64,000 bases of DNA from Oxalobacter sp. (GCA_017524145.1 JAFWUI010000014.1:9176-73175), one strand, 5' to 3'. Positions 52,021 to 62,705 are shown, numbered from the stretch's first letter. Notes: generated by a model from the sequence alone, not told the origin. Program-made: numbers and translations.

Positions 52021-53437
52021 TTTTCTCAGAAAGATTTTTGGCCTTTCTTCTGGAAAACCGGCTTCCAAGCCGGAAAAAGGCGGTGTTTCCCCTGGCCCTG
52101 GCCAGATGCCAGTAATCCTTCAGGCAGATGAGCATCGGATTGATCCCCGCCTTGTCTCCAAAAACGCTGTCCGTGTTGTAACAATCCTGCAACAGGCAGG
52201 TTATGCCGCATTTATTGTCGGTGGCGCTGTCCGCGACCTGATGCTGGGTGAAAAACCGAAGGATTTTGATGTTGCGACAGATGCAACCCCTGAACAGGTC
52301 CGCCGTCTTTTCCGTCGGGCATTCTTGATTGGAAGGCGTTTCCAGATTGTCCATGTCCGTATGGGCCGGGATGACCTGTTTGAAGTGACGACGTTCCGAG
52401 GCAACTCCCAGAAACCGGCTGAAGTGGATGACTCCGGCCGTCTGTTGAGTGACAACACGTTTGGTACCCAGGCTGAAGATGCTGCACGCCGGGATTTCAC
52501 TATCAATGCCCTGTATTACAACCCGACTGACCAGACTTTGCTGGATTACCATCAAGGTATCCATGACCTGGGAACCAAGACCCTGCGTATTATCGGTGAT
52601 GCCGAACAGCGTTACCGTGAAGACCCTGTCCGGATGCTGCGGGTGGTGCGTTTTGCTGCAAAACTGGGGTTCACCCTGGATAGTGCCACCAGTGCCCCAA
52701 TCCATCAGTTATGCCATCTTCTGGACAATATCCCACCCGCCCGCCTTTTCGATGAAACCCTGAAGCTGCTGATGAGCGGCCATGCAATGTCATGCCTGAA
52801 TGAACTCCGCACCTACGACCTGCATGGCAGGCTGCTGCCTTTGCTGGATGAGGCACTTTCCAACCCAAAGGCTGCCTGTTTCATTGAAACTGCCCTTGCC
52901 CGTACTGACCAACGCATCAATGATGGCAGGACCGTATCTCCAGGATTCCTGTTTGCCGTCCTGTTATGGAAAGAAGTTGAAACCCAATGGGAAGCTTTCC
53001 AAGCAAAAGGGGAATACCCGATTCCGGCACTGGTAGCGGCTGCCAATGCAGTTTTGGACAGACAGACTGAAACGCTCGCCATCCAACGCCGTATCGCTGC
53101 TGATATGAAGGATATCTGGCTGCTGCAGCCACGCTTGGAACGCCGGAGCGGCAAGTCGGTTTTCCGCATCCTGGAAAACCCGCATTTCCGGGCGGCTTAC
53201 GATTTCCTGCTGATCCGCTGTGAAACCGGTGACCTGGATGCAGAGACCGGCGAATGGTGGAAAGCATTTGCAGCGGGTTCTGCTGAAGAACGGCAATCCC
53301 TATTGGAATCCCTTTCCAAAAGGGCGGCTGACAACAGCCGTAGCCGGAAAAGACGGCGTAGGCGTAAACGGTCCCCCTCTTCAGGAGAGGGGACCGCGGA
53401 AGCACCTGCTCCCGGAATGACGGCACCTTCCAACTGA
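52013..53437 (+). CDS. pcnB: Poly(A) polymerase I
   Basis: VGGAVRDL..PKDFDVAT, LIGRRFQIVHV signature, RRDFTINAL, FRAAYDFL, Arg-rich tail. Confidence 0.95.
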   Translation: MIDFLRKIFGLSSGKPASKPEKGGVSPGPGQMPVILQADEHRIDPRLVSKNAVRVVTILQQAGYAAFIVGGAVRDLMLGEKPKDFDVATDATPEQVRRLFRRAFLIGRRFQIVHVRMGRDDLFEVTTFRGNSQKPAEVDDSGRLLSDNTFGTQAEDAARRDFTINALYYNPTDQTLLDYHQGIHDLGTKTLRIIGDAEQRYREDPVRMLRVVRFAAKLGFTLDSATSAPIHQLCHLLDNIPPARLFDETLKLLMSGHAMSCLNELRTYDLHGRLLPLLDEALSNPKAACFIETALARTDQRINDGRTVSPGFLFAVLLWKEVETQWEAFQAKGEYPIPALVAAANAVLDRQTETLAIQRRIAADMKDIWLLQPRLERRSGKSVFRILENPHFRAAYDFLLIRCETGDLDAETGEWWKAFAAGSAEERQSLLESLSKRAADNSRSRKRRRRRKRSPSSGEGTAEAPAPGMTAPSN

Positions 53438-53438
53438 T

Positions 53439-53933
53439 ATGCTGGACAATACCGCTTATATCGGACTCGGCGCCAATCTGGGCAATGCCTTGCAACAGGT
53501 CAGGGCGGCTGTGGACATTTTGGACCACCTAGACCCAATCCAGATCGATTCGGTTTCATCGCTTTACAGGACTGCTCCCATCGATTCTTCTGGTGATGAC
53601 TATATCAATGCGGTTGCCCGTTTATCGACATCATTGGACGCAGACCAGTTGCTGGATGTCCTGTTGCAGGTTGAAAGGGACTTTGGCCGTAAACGGCCTT
53701 ACTACAATGCCCCCCGGACATTGGACCTTGACCTGCTGCTGTTCAATGATGAACAGCGCACGACACACTGTTTGACATTGCCGCATCCCCGTATGCATGA
53801 ACGGGCTTTTGTCCTGTTCCCCCTGACGGAAATCTCCCCGGATATTGTGATTCCCGGCAAAGGCTATGCAAAGGGATTCCTCGATTTGGTATCCAGTCAA
53901 CAGATCCTTCGACTTCAACCGTTCTCTCCCTGA
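53439..53933 (+). CDS. folK: 2-amino-4-hydroxy-6-hydroxymethyldihydropteridine diphosphokinase
   Basis: AYIGLGANLG, PRTLDLDLL, LPHPRMHERAFVL. Confidence 0.96.
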   Translation: MLDNTAYIGLGANLGNALQQVRAAVDILDHLDPIQIDSVSSLYRTAPIDSSGDDYINAVARLSTSLDADQLLDVLLQVERDFGRKRPYYNAPRTLDLDLLLFNDEQRTTHCLTLPHPRMHERAFVLFPLTEISPDIVIPGKGYAKGFLDLVSSQQILRLQPFSP

Positions 53934-53940
53934 GGTTTTT

Positions 53941-54291
53941 ATGTTCAATATCCCTATTTTTCTCCAGACTGCCGGTCTGCTTGTCATGTCAAATGTCTTC
54001 ATGACATTCGCATGGTATGGCCATTTAAGGAACCTTTCCTCAAAACCCTGGTACATTGCGGCCCTCATCAGCTGGGGGATTGCGCTCTGTGAATATCTCC
54101 TCCAGGTACCGGCCAACCGTATCGGTTTCCAGGCTTTCAGCCTTGCACAGCTCAAGATCCTCCAAGAGGTCATCACGCTCAGCGTCTTTGTGCCTTTTGC
54201 AATGATTTACATGGAACAGCCTTTCAAGACTGACTATATCTGGGCGGCACTCTGCCTTGTGGGGGCTGTCTATTTCATTTTCCGTTCGTAA
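53941..54291 (+). CDS. DMT family protein (DUF486)
   Basis: SNVFMTFAWYGHL, EYLLQVPANRIG, QLKILQEVITL. Confidence 0.88.
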   Translation: MFNIPIFLQTAGLLVMSNVFMTFAWYGHLRNLSSKPWYIAALISWGIALCEYLLQVPANRIGFQAFSLAQLKILQEVITLSVFVPFAMIYMEQPFKTDYIWAALCLVGAVYFIFRS

Positions 54292-54373
54292 TAATTGACC
54301 CGATGGCGTGACATAACTGGAAAAAGCAGGCATTATTCGCCTTCAGTTGTTCCCTTTCCTTATTGAGGTTTAC

Positions 54374-55186
54374 ATGGCTAACTATCTGCAGGAACGTAAA
54401 TCCATTACGACGAATACCATCTCAAAACTGTACCAGAACCAGGAAAAAATCACGATGCTGACCTGTTATGATGCCAGTTTTGCGGCGTTGATGGACCAAT
54501 GCGGTGTCGAGACTTTGCTGATTGGGGATTCCCTGGGTATGGTCTGCCAAGGCCTGGATTCTACACTGCCGGTTTCCATTGATGAAGTTGCTTACCATAC
54601 GTCCTGCGTCGCCCGTGGCAACAAAACCGCATTGATTGTTGCCGACATGCCTTTCGGTACCTATCCTGACAAGGAAACCGCTTATGTCAATGCGGTCAAA
54701 CTGATCAAGGCAGGCGCCCATATGGTGAAGTTGGAAGGCGGCATCCTGGTTGCTGATACCATCCGCTATCTGGTGGAACGGAGCATCCCTGTCTGTGGCC
54801 ATGTTGGATTGACCCCCCAGTCAGTCAACCGGTTTGGCGGCTACCGTATCCAAGGCAAGTCTGAAGATGGCGCAGCACAGGTGATGGCCGATGCCAAAGC
54901 CGTAGAAGCAGCTGGTGCTACGATGGTGGTCTTGGAGGCGATTCCCGCAATCCTTGGCAAATCTGTCACCGAAGCGTTGAATATCCCAACGATTGGCATT
55001 GGTGCAGGACCGGACTGTTCCGGTCAAGTGCTTGTCATGCATGATATGCTGGATGTCTATCCTGGCAGGAAAGCCCGGTTTGTCCGCAACTTCATGACAG
55101 GAAGCACCTCTATTGCAGAAGCCATCAGAGCCTATGTCGCCGCAGTGAAAGACGGTTCCTTCCCAACCCAAGAACACTGCTTCTGA
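54374..55186 (+). CDS. panB: 3-methyl-2-oxobutanoate hydroxymethyltransferase
   Basis: [39 protein letters not shown]. Confidence 0.97.
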   Translation: MANYLQERKSITTNTISKLYQNQEKITMLTCYDASFAALMDQCGVETLLIGDSLGMVCQGLDSTLPVSIDEVAYHTSCVARGNKTALIVADMPFGTYPDKETAYVNAVKLIKAGAHMVKLEGGILVADTIRYLVERSIPVCGHVGLTPQSVNRFGGYRIQGKSEDGAAQVMADAKAVEAAGATMVVLEAIPAILGKSVTEALNIPTIGIGAGPDCSGQVLVMHDMLDVYPGRKARFVRNFMTGSTSIAEAIRAYVAAVKDGSFPTQEHCF

Positions 55187-55212
55187 ACTGCTACAATAGA
55201 AGGTTTCCCAAC

Positions 55213-55240
55213 AAAAAAGCAGCATTAACGCTGCTTTTTT
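55213..55240. terminator. Bidirectional terminator after panB
   Basis: AAAAAAGCAGC...GCTGCTTTTTT. Confidence 0.8.
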
Positions 55241-55299
55241 GTTTTCTGACAACTTCTGATAAATATCCATTAAATGCTTTCAACAGCTACTATCTTTCC

Positions 55300-56118
55300 C
55301 TATTTTTTCCATGCTTTCTTTAGGTCTTTTATCCACTGACGGGTTGGAAGCCGGGTTTCTTCCTTGATCCGGTTGGCTTCTGCATCCAAGGATTCCCAAT
55401 CAATGGCAGGTTTTTCCTTGAAAGCCAAGACAATGACATTGCCTTCAGGAATGGGGGACATGGCAACAACATCCTTGAAAGATTGCTTGATTGCCCGGAT
55501 ATTCTTGTCATAGCTTGGCACATCACCAAACAGGTTGACTGCCATGATACCGTCTTCTTTCAGGCATCTGCAGCAATCAGCATAGAATTCCGGTGTATCC
55601 AGCACCGGACCCCGTGCTTCGGCATCATACAGGTCAACATGCATGATATCGAACACACCAGCATATTCTGGCGCTTTGACAAAATCCAATGCATTGACCA
55701 GATGGACATGCAACCGCTCATTGTCAGGTGGCAGTCCAAACATACTGTGGCAGACAGCGATGACTTCTGGATTGATTTCTGCAACATGGCTGATGCTGTC
55801 TGGAAAGGTTGCATAGCCAAATTTTGTCAGTGATGCCGATCCAAGCCCAAGATTGGCAATCCGCTGCGGTTTCTTGTTGAAGAGCATCCAGGCAACCATT
55901 TTATGGCTGTAAGACAGGACAAGCTGGTTGGGATTACGGATCCGCATCGCCCCTTGGATCCATTTTGTACCAAAATGCAGGTAACGGATACCAGCACTTT
56001 CTGACAGGGTGACTGGCGCAAGCCGGATACGCTTGTTCTTGACTGGTTCCCGACGTTGCGAAGCTTCTTTTTCAATTGATTTCCGTTTAATCAGCATTGA
56101 CTTGATCCATTCAAACAT
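55300..56118 (-). CDS. Spermidine synthase-like methyltransferase
   Basis: RYLHFGTKWIQGAM, LGLGSASL, AEINP, VDLYD, GIMAVNL. Confidence 0.82.
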   Translation of the reverse strand: MFEWIKSMLIKRKSIEKEASQRREPVKNKRIRLAPVTLSESAGIRYLHFGTKWIQGAMRIRNPNQLVLSYSHKMVAWMLFNKKPQRIANLGLGSASLTKFGYATFPDSISHVAEINPEVIAVCHSMFGLPPDNERLHVHLVNALDFVKAPEYAGVFDIMHVDLYDAEARGPVLDTPEFYADCCRCLKEDGIMAVNLFGDVPSYDKNIRAIKQSFKDVVAMSPIPEGNVIVLAFKEKPAIDWESLDAEANRIKEETRLPTRQWIKDLKKAWKK

Positions 56119-56181
56119 CTTTCCCGGTCTCCTCTATCCATATGGATACGTGAATACGGACGGAATTCCTGTTATCTCATG

Positions 56182-56213
56182 AAAAAACCCCTTAAGCGGA
56201 CTTAAGGGGTTTT
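56182..56213 (-). terminator. Terminator downstream of oxc
   Basis: AAAACCCCTTAAG-CGGA-CTTAAGGGGTTTT; a second hairpin CCCAGCC/GGCTGGG lies at 56228-56245. Confidence 0.85.
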
Positions 56214-56277
56214 GAACTCGCATCCAACCCAGCCCGAAGGCTGGGAAACGGATCCAATCAATAATCAACAGGGTTGA

Positions 56278-57975
56278 TTATTTCTTTTTACCGATGTTGG
56301 AAACAACGTTCAGGCTCTTGATACGGCCAGATTCAACACCAGCATCTGGGTCGATCATAGCATTGATCAAGCAAGGTTTCTTGGAAGCAACAGCTTCTTC
56401 CAGAGCAGCCTTCAGTTCGGTTGGGTTGTTGGCCAGATAGCCTTTACCACCGAGAGCTTCCATCATCAGGTCGTAACGTACACGACCCAGACGGGTACAA
56501 GAAATCTGACCACCGGTATCTGCTTCGTTACCCTTGTAGATACCACCGTTGTTCATAACGATGATGGTAACTGGCAGCTGATAACGGGTGATGGTTTCGA
56601 TTTCCATACCGGAGAAGCCGAATGCGGAGTCACCTTCAACAGCGATGACTGGATCAGAGGTGACAGTTGCTGCTGCAACGCAGTAACCCATACCAATACC
56701 CATAACACCCCAGGTACCGGTGTCCAGACGACGGCGTGGCTGCAGGATGTCAACAACCATACGGGTGTTGTCCAGAGCATTTGCACCTTCGTTGACCAGG
56801 TTGACATTTGGATTAGCAGCGATGTATTCCTTAACAACATTCAAGGAGTTCTGATAGTTCATTTCACCGCCATTGTAGGTGGTCAGTTTTGCTTTCAGTT
56901 TTTCCTTGTTGGCTGCAACCTTGTCGAAGATTTCCTTGCACCAGTCTGCTGGAGCCTTGTAGCCTTTAACAGCAGCGGTAACCTGTGGCAGGGTAACCTT
57001 AACGTCACCAACAACTGGAGCAGCGATTGGCTGGTTGGAGTCGATTTCCTGAGCCAGTACGTCGAACTGGACATATTTCTTCAGTTCATTGCCCCAGGTC
57101 TTGCCTTTACCATGCTGCATCAGCCAGTTCAGACGTGCAGCAATCAGGATACATACGTCGCAGCCTGCCAGTGCACGTGCACGGTTTGCAGCAGCGGACA
57201 GAGGATGGGTGTCAGGAATGGTACCTTTGCCCATACCCATTGGCAGGAATGGGATACCGGTTTCTTCGATGAAAGCCTTGACTTCAGCTTCAGCACGTGC
57301 ATAAGCACAGCCTTTACCGATAACAGCAACTGGTTTCTTAGCAGCCTTGATGACTTCTGCAGCACGTGCAACATCTGCTGCTGCTGCTGCTGCACCACCG
57401 ATAGGAGCTGGGGTGAAACGCAGTGCGTTTGCTTCTGCCAGAGGCATGGTCTGACCGAACAGACGTGCAGGAAGGTCAACATAGACACCACCTGGACGAC
57501 CGGTCAGTGCGGTACGCATTGCACGGGCGATACCGATAGGAATATCGCGGATGCTGTTGATACGGTAAGAAGCTTTACAATGTGGTTTTGCAATCTGGAA
57601 CTGATCCATTTCTTCATAGTCGCCCTGCTGCAGGTCGACGATGTCACGTTCGGAAGAACCAGACAGCAACAACATTGGGAAGCAGTTGGTGGTTGCGTGT
57701 GCCAGAGCGGTAACACCATTCAGGAAGCCTGGTGCGGAAACGGTCAGAGCTACGCCAGGTTTACCCTGGATGTAACCAGCGATAGATGCTGCATAACCAG
57801 CATGCTGTTCTGCACGGAAGCTGTAGAACTTCTGGCCATCTTCCTGCCACAGACGTGCCAGGTTGGTGATAGGAATACCGACAACACCATACATGGTGTC
57901 GATACCGTTGTCTTTCAGGACATCAATCAACAGATGGAAACCATCAGTCAATTCTACATTTTCTTCGTTACTCAT
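56278..57975 (-). CDS. oxc: Oxalyl-CoA decarboxylase (ThDP-dependent)
   Basis: [73 protein letters not shown]-terminal [12 protein letters not shown]. Confidence 0.97.
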   Translation of the reverse strand: MSNEENVELTDGFHLLIDVLKDNGIDTMYGVVGIPITNLARLWQEDGQKFYSFRAEQHAGYAASIAGYIQGKPGVALTVSAPGFLNGVTALAHATTNCFPMLLLSGSSERDIVDLQQGDYEEMDQFQIAKPHCKASYRINSIRDIPIGIARAMRTALTGRPGGVYVDLPARLFGQTMPLAEANALRFTPAPIGGAAAAAADVARAAEVIKAAKKPVAVIGKGCAYARAEAEVKAFIEETGIPFLPMGMGKGTIPDTHPLSAAANRARALAGCDVCILIAARLNWLMQHGKGKTWGNELKKYVQFDVLAQEIDSNQPIAAPVVGDVKVTLPQVTAAVKGYKAPADWCKEIFDKVAANKEKLKAKLTTYNGGEMNYQNSLNVVKEYIAANPNVNLVNEGANALDNTRMVVDILQPRRRLDTGTWGVMGIGMGYCVAAATVTSDPVIAVEGDSAFGFSGMEIETITRYQLPVTIIVMNNGGIYKGNEADTGGQISCTRLGRVRYDLMMEALGGKGYLANNPTELKAALEEAVASKKPCLINAMIDPDAGVESGRIKSLNVVSNIGKKK

Positions 57976-58047
57976 GAGCAATACCTTTCTATTGGTTAGT
58001 TTTGATGTAAACGTCAAGAAACGTCAGCTAAGAGTATGCCTGATAAG

Positions 58048-58082
58048 GCTGAAAACACTGTTGACCTAAGTCAATTTTCAGC
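58048..58082 (-). promoter_or_regulatory. FNR/CRP-family-like palindrome upstream of oxc
   Basis: TTGAC-CTAA-GTCAA at 58061-58074 inside GCTGAAAA...TTTTCAGC; CATACT -10-like hexamer at 58033-58038 on the minus strand. Confidence 0.55.
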
Positions 58083-58119
58083 TAGAACAATCCGCTTTCA
58101 AGGTATTCCCTTTAGAATA

Positions 58120-58142
58120 AAAAAGCCGTCATCAGACGGCTT
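58120..58142 (-). terminator. Terminator after tRNA-Arg(CCT)
   Basis: AAGCCGTC-ATCA-GACGGCTT with a U-tract on the minus strand. Confidence 0.75.
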
Positions 58143-58152
58143 GTTATCTGGA

Positions 58153-58227
58153 TGGTCCCGCCAGCAGGAATCGAACCTGCATTACACGCTTAGGAGGCAT
58201 GGGTACTATCCATTGTACTATGGCGAG
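58153..58227 (-). tRNA. tRNA-Arg(CCT)
   Basis: Reverse complement CTCGCCATAGTACAATGGATAGTACCCATGCCTCCTAAGCGTG...GTTCGATTCCTGCTGGCGGGACCA; anticodon CCT. Confidence 0.95.
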
Positions 58228-58348
58228 ACATCCTCTCTTGGAGAAAGGGTATTCTACCTCAAGCCTGTCAACAATACGAGTGCAGGAAGCGTCTTTTTCC
58301 CTGATACTCTGTACAATATCTTTTTCCACCCGCTTTCAACAGTTCATT

Positions 58349-60265
58349 ATGGCCATCATCACACTTTGGGACGCACAGCTTGCTTTTGGGCATTATCCAA
58401 TGCTGGACCATGCAGAATTCTCGATGGAAGCCGGCGAGAAAATCGGGCTCATCGGCCGCAATGGCACGGGCAAATCATCACTGCTGCAGGTGCTCGCTGG
58501 ACAAATGGAACTGGATGACGGTTTCCTGAACATCCAGCAGGACCTTTCAACGGCCTATGTTGAACAATCTCCCTGCTATCCGGAGGACAAGACGGTTTTT
58601 GAGATTGTTTCCGCTGCGCTGGACGAAGTCCACGGTCTGCTGGCTGAATACAGGATGCTTGCAGATAAACTGGAAAAAGGCAGTGACAACCAGGCACTGG
58701 CACGTTTCATGGCATTGCAGAACCAGCTGGATGCCACTGATGCCTGGAACCTGAACCACCGTGTCGAGAATATCCTTGACCGTCTGTCACTGAACCGGAA
58801 TGACTTGATCGGCAACCTTTCCGGGGGGCAGTATAAACGGGTTGCCCTTGCCAGGGGATTGGTCAGCTCACCTGACCTGCTGATGCTGGATGAACCGACA
58901 AACCATCTGGATTTTGAATCCATCCTTTGGCTTGAGAATATCCTGAAAGACTTCCACGGCAGCCTGGTCTTCATTACACATGACCGCCGTTTCCTGGACA
59001 ACATCGCCACCCGTATCGTGGAACTGGACCGGGGAAAGCTGCTTTCCTACCCTGGCAATTTCAGTGCGTACAAGAAAACAAAGGTACAGCAGCTGGAAGC
59101 GGAAACGGTTGAACAGGCAAAGTTCGATAAATTCCTTGCCCAAGAAGAGGCCTGGATCCGGAAAGGCATCGAAGCCCGCCGGACGCGGAATGAGGGACGC
59201 GTAAGGCGCCTTGAAGCACTCAGGCTTGAACGGGCTGCACGGCGGGAACGCCAAGGACAGGTACGGTTATCCCTGTCGTCCGGTGAACGCTCTGGACGGC
59301 TGGTTGCTGAACTGATGGATGTCTGCAAATCGTTTGGCCCACACCCTATCATCAAGGATTTTTCCGACATCATCCTGCGGGGGGATAAAGTGGGGGTGAT
59401 TGGTCCAAATGGCATCGGAAAGACCACATTGCTGAAAATAATCCTTGGAGAAATCCCTCCTGACTCTGGCACTGTGCATTTAGGAACCCGGTTGCAGATT
59501 GCCTATTTTGACCAGATGCGCTCCCAGCTCAATGACAATGACACCTTGATTGATACAATTTCACCGGGCAGTGAATATGTCGAGGTGGGAGGCCAGCGGA
59601 AACATGTGATGAGTTACCTTTCAGATTTCCTTTTCACACCTGACCGTGCCCGCTCACCTGTTTCTTCCTGCTCCGGAGGCGAAAAGAACCGGCTGTTGCT
59701 TGCCCGCCTGTTTGCCCGCCCTGCCAATGTCCTTGTCTTGGATGAACCGACCAATGACCTGGATATCGATACGTTGGAACTGCTTGAAGCGTTACTTCTG
59801 GATTATGACGGGACGGTTTTCCTGGTCAGCCATGACCGTGCTTTCCTAGACAATGTTGTGACCCAGGTCATTGCCGCGGAAGGAAATGGCATCTGGCGTG
59901 AATATGCCGGAGGCTACAGCGACTGGGAACGCACCCGCACTGCACCGCCGCCTGCTAACGGCAGGACAAAGCGCCAAAGTACTGTGACAGCCCCCCCGAA
60001 AACGGCATCACCGAAAAAAACGCCCTCCAAGCAACGCAGGAAACTCAGTTACAAAGACCAACGTGAACTGGATGCCCTGCCCGCCAGAATCGCAGCTTTG
60101 GAAAGTGAACAGGTACAGGTTTCCCAACGGCTTAATGACCCTACCATTTACAGAGGGGATGGCACTGAAGGCATCCGGCTGAACCAGCGTTTCGTAGAGA
60201 TTGAAGAAGAGCTGATGGACTGTATGATGCGGTGGGAAGAACTGGAAGCAAAAACCACCGGATGA
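58349..60265 (+). CDS. uup: ABC-F family ATPase Uup
   Basis: Two ABC domains (GRNGTGKS, GPNGIGKT), WIRKGIEARRTRNEGRVRRL linker, KLSYKDQREL C-terminal domain; start trimmed to ATG 58349. Confidence 0.93.
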   Translation: MAIITLWDAQLAFGHYPMLDHAEFSMEAGEKIGLIGRNGTGKSSLLQVLAGQMELDDGFLNIQQDLSTAYVEQSPCYPEDKTVFEIVSAALDEVHGLLAEYRMLADKLEKGSDNQALARFMALQNQLDATDAWNLNHRVENILDRLSLNRNDLIGNLSGGQYKRVALARGLVSSPDLLMLDEPTNHLDFESILWLENILKDFHGSLVFITHDRRFLDNIATRIVELDRGKLLSYPGNFSAYKKTKVQQLEAETVEQAKFDKFLAQEEAWIRKGIEARRTRNEGRVRRLEALRLERAARRERQGQVRLSLSSGERSGRLVAELMDVCKSFGPHPIIKDFSDIILRGDKVGVIGPNGIGKTTLLKIILGEIPPDSGTVHLGTRLQIAYFDQMRSQLNDNDTLIDTISPGSEYVEVGGQRKHVMSYLSDFLFTPDRARSPVSSCSGGEKNRLLLARLFARPANVLVLDEPTNDLDIDTLELLEALLLDYDGTVFLVSHDRAFLDNVVTQVIAAEGNGIWREYAGGYSDWERTRTAPPPANGRTKRQSTVTAPPKTASPKKTPSKQRRKLSYKDQRELDALPARIAALESEQVQVSQRLNDPTIYRGDGTEGIRLNQRFVEIEEELMDCMMRWEELEAKTTG

Positions 60266-60278
60266 CCCGTACCAGCAA

Positions 60279-61829
60279 TCACTTGGTCCTGCGCAGGAAA
60301 TCCCTGACCCGGAACCCCATTGCAAAAAGTGCCCCGAAATAGACAATGCCGCAGAAGACCATGACAAGCGCCATGGCACCAATCCGCATGAATGGCTGGG
60401 ATTTCATGCCTATCCAGTCAAACTGGTCAGCAATCCACAACGAAGCCCCAGCCAACAGGATCAATGCAGCCACAACACGGATAAAAAAGAACCCCCATCC
60501 TTTCCTGGGTTGATAGACACCCCGTTTACGCAGCATGATATAAAGGATCAATGCATTGGCACAGCCTGCCAAGCCAATGGAGAGCGACAGTCCTGCATGG
60601 GCAAAAAACGGAACAAACAGGAAATTGAGTACCTGGGTGACAATCAGGGTAAAGATGCCGATCTTGACGGGGGTCTTGATGTCTTGACGGGCATAGAATG
60701 CTGGTGCCAGCACACGGATCATGACCAGGCCCGTCAATCCAACACCATATGCAACAAGGGATTTAGCCGTCATTGCAACATCCAAATCACTGAAACGCCC
60801 GTAATGGAACAAGGTTGTCGTACAGGGAACCGGCAATGTCATCAGCATGATGGCAGCAGGCATTGCCAGCATGAGCGTCATACGGAGCCCCCAATCCAGT
60901 AGAGTGGAATATTCTTCCATATCATTGCTGGCATGGGCTTTGGACAGGCTTGGCAGCAGGATGGTCCCCAATGCCACGCCAAGCAGGGCGTTTGGGAACT
61001 CCATCAGCCGGTCTGCGTACGAAATCCAGGAAACACTGCCATGTGCCAACCAAGAGGCAATATTGGTGTTGATCATCAGGCTGACCTGGGCAACAGATGA
61101 CGCAAAGATGGCAGGAATCATCTGCCCGATAATCCGACGGACTCCGGGGTTTCGGAAAGCGCCCAGGATATTGAAGGAAATACGGGGCAGCATACCAATC
61201 TTCTTCAACCAAGGAACCTGGATTGCCAGCTGAAGCAGCCCTCCCACAAAAACAGCTCCTGCCAATGCCAATATCGGCTTTTCCAGCAATGGTGCGACAA
61301 AGAGCGAGGCGATGATGAAGGAAATGTTCAGCAGGACCGGGGTGAATGCCGGTATCTTGAATTCACGGTTTGTATTGAGAATCCCGCCAGCCAAGGCAAC
61401 CAATGACATGAACAGGATATAAGGGAACATAATCTGGGTCATCAAGACGGAAACACTGAAGATTTCAGCATTGCCGTCAAGCCCAGTTGCAATGGCATAG
61501 ACCACATAGTTTGCAAAGGCTATGCCAAGGATACAGACAAGGACCAGCGTCCAAGCCAATGCTGTAGCAACCTTGTCTACCAGCTGCTTGGTTTCAGCCT
61601 TGTCTTTCTTGTTGGTATATTCCGCCAGGATAGGGACAAATGCCTGCGAGAAAGCGCCTTCCGCAAAGAGCCTTCTCAACAGGTTTGGAATCCGGAACGC
61701 AACAAAAAACGCATCAGTCAGCCCCGATGCGCCAAATGCCTTTGCCACGAGCAGTTCCCGTATCAGACCAGTGATACGGGACAGCAGGGTAAATGCGGAA
61801 ACCGAGAAAAACGTCTTCAGGAAGTTCAT
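60279..61829 (-). CDS. murJ: Lipid II flippase MurJ
   Basis: SRITGLIRE, DAFFVAFRIPNLLRRLFAEGAFSQAFVP, YADRLMEFP. Confidence 0.97.
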   Translation of the reverse strand: MNFLKTFFSVSAFTLLSRITGLIRELLVAKAFGASGLTDAFFVAFRIPNLLRRLFAEGAFSQAFVPILAEYTNKKDKAETKQLVDKVATALAWTLVLVCILGIAFANYVVYAIATGLDGNAEIFSVSVLMTQIMFPYILFMSLVALAGGILNTNREFKIPAFTPVLLNISFIIASLFVAPLLEKPILALAGAVFVGGLLQLAIQVPWLKKIGMLPRISFNILGAFRNPGVRRIIGQMIPAIFASSVAQVSLMINTNIASWLAHGSVSWISYADRLMEFPNALLGVALGTILLPSLSKAHASNDMEEYSTLLDWGLRMTLMLAMPAAIMLMTLPVPCTTTLFHYGRFSDLDVAMTAKSLVAYGVGLTGLVMIRVLAPAFYARQDIKTPVKIGIFTLIVTQVLNFLFVPFFAHAGLSLSIGLAGCANALILYIMLRKRGVYQPRKGWGFFFIRVVAALILLAGASLWIADQFDWIGMKSQPFMRIGAMALVMVFCGIVYFGALFAMGFRVRDFLRRTK

Positions 61830-62017
61830 GGGAGGGCATTATATCCCCCTACCGTTGGATTTTTCACATCATCTGCCACTTTTTAGTGCTTGGAACCGTA
61901 CAACATTATCCGCCTAATGCTTTGACTTTCTTGCAGATTCCTCTATAATTTGTTGTTTACTTTTTTCCGTCCTGATTTTTCAGGTTTTTCAACATTGTTT
62001 TTATTGATGGAGTTTCC

Positions 62018-62329
62018 ATGTACGCGGTCATAAAAACCGGTGGCAAACAGTACAAAGTTACCGCTGGCGAAAAATACAAAGTAGAACAGATACCTGCGGA
62101 AGTTGGATCCGAAATCACCCTTGACCAGGTCTTGGCTGTCGGCGAAGGCGAATCTATCCGCATCGGCACCCCCTTGGTTGAAGGCGCAACGGTTCTGGCG
62201 AAAGTTGTTTCTGAAGGTCGTCATAAGAAGGTCAAGATTTTCAAGATGCGCAGACGTAAGCATTACCAGAAACGTCAGGGACATCGTCAGAACTATACTG
62301 AACTTGAAATCGTTTCCATCAATGCTTGA
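62018..62329 (+). CDS. rplU: 50S ribosomal protein L21
   Basis: [24 protein letters not shown]. Confidence 0.99.
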   Translation: MYAVIKTGGKQYKVTAGEKYKVEQIPAEVGSEITLDQVLAVGEGESIRIGTPLVEGATVLAKVVSEGRHKKVKIFKMRRRKHYQKRQGHRQNYTELEIVSINA

Positions 62330-62393
62330 TCATGGCCGGATGATGCAGTCAAGGACTGCACCGGTTTGAAAAACTTAATTCTGGAGTCTTAAA

Positions 62394-62705
62394 ATGGCAC
62401 ATAAAAAAGGGGGCGGCACTACCCGCAATGGACGTGAATCCGAATCCAAACGTCTTGGCGTCAAGGTTTACGGCGGTCAGGCCATCAATGCTGGCGGCAT
62501 CATCATGCGCCAGCGCGGCACGAAAATCCATCCTGGTGAAAATGTCGGCATGGGCAAGGACCACACCCTGTATGCTTTGGTCGACGGCACAGTGAAATTT
62601 GCTGTCAAGGGCGCAGACAAGAAACATTATGCAACCGTTGTCCCTGGTGAAGTTGCTAAAAAGAAAGCAACCGGTTGGGAAGCAAGGGTATACGACCAAG
62701 CTTGA
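62394..62705 (+). CDS. rpmA: 50S ribosomal protein L27 with C-terminal extension
   Basis: [38 protein letters not shown]. Confidence 0.98.
   Translation: MAHKKGGGTTRNGRESESKRLGVKVYGGQAINAGGIIMRQRGTKIHPGENVGMGKDHTLYALVDGTVKFAVKGADKKHYATVVPGEVAKKKATGWEARVYDQA

Noticed and set aside
57112-57999. 295-aa Cys-rich antisense ORF over oxc
   Set aside because: Antisense shadow; the poly-Cys run mirrors the GCA Ala codons of Oxc.
58036-58348. ORF 58036-58518 and the upstream extension of uup from 58199
   Set aside because: They overlap tRNA-Arg(CCT); the real uup start is most likely ATG 58349.
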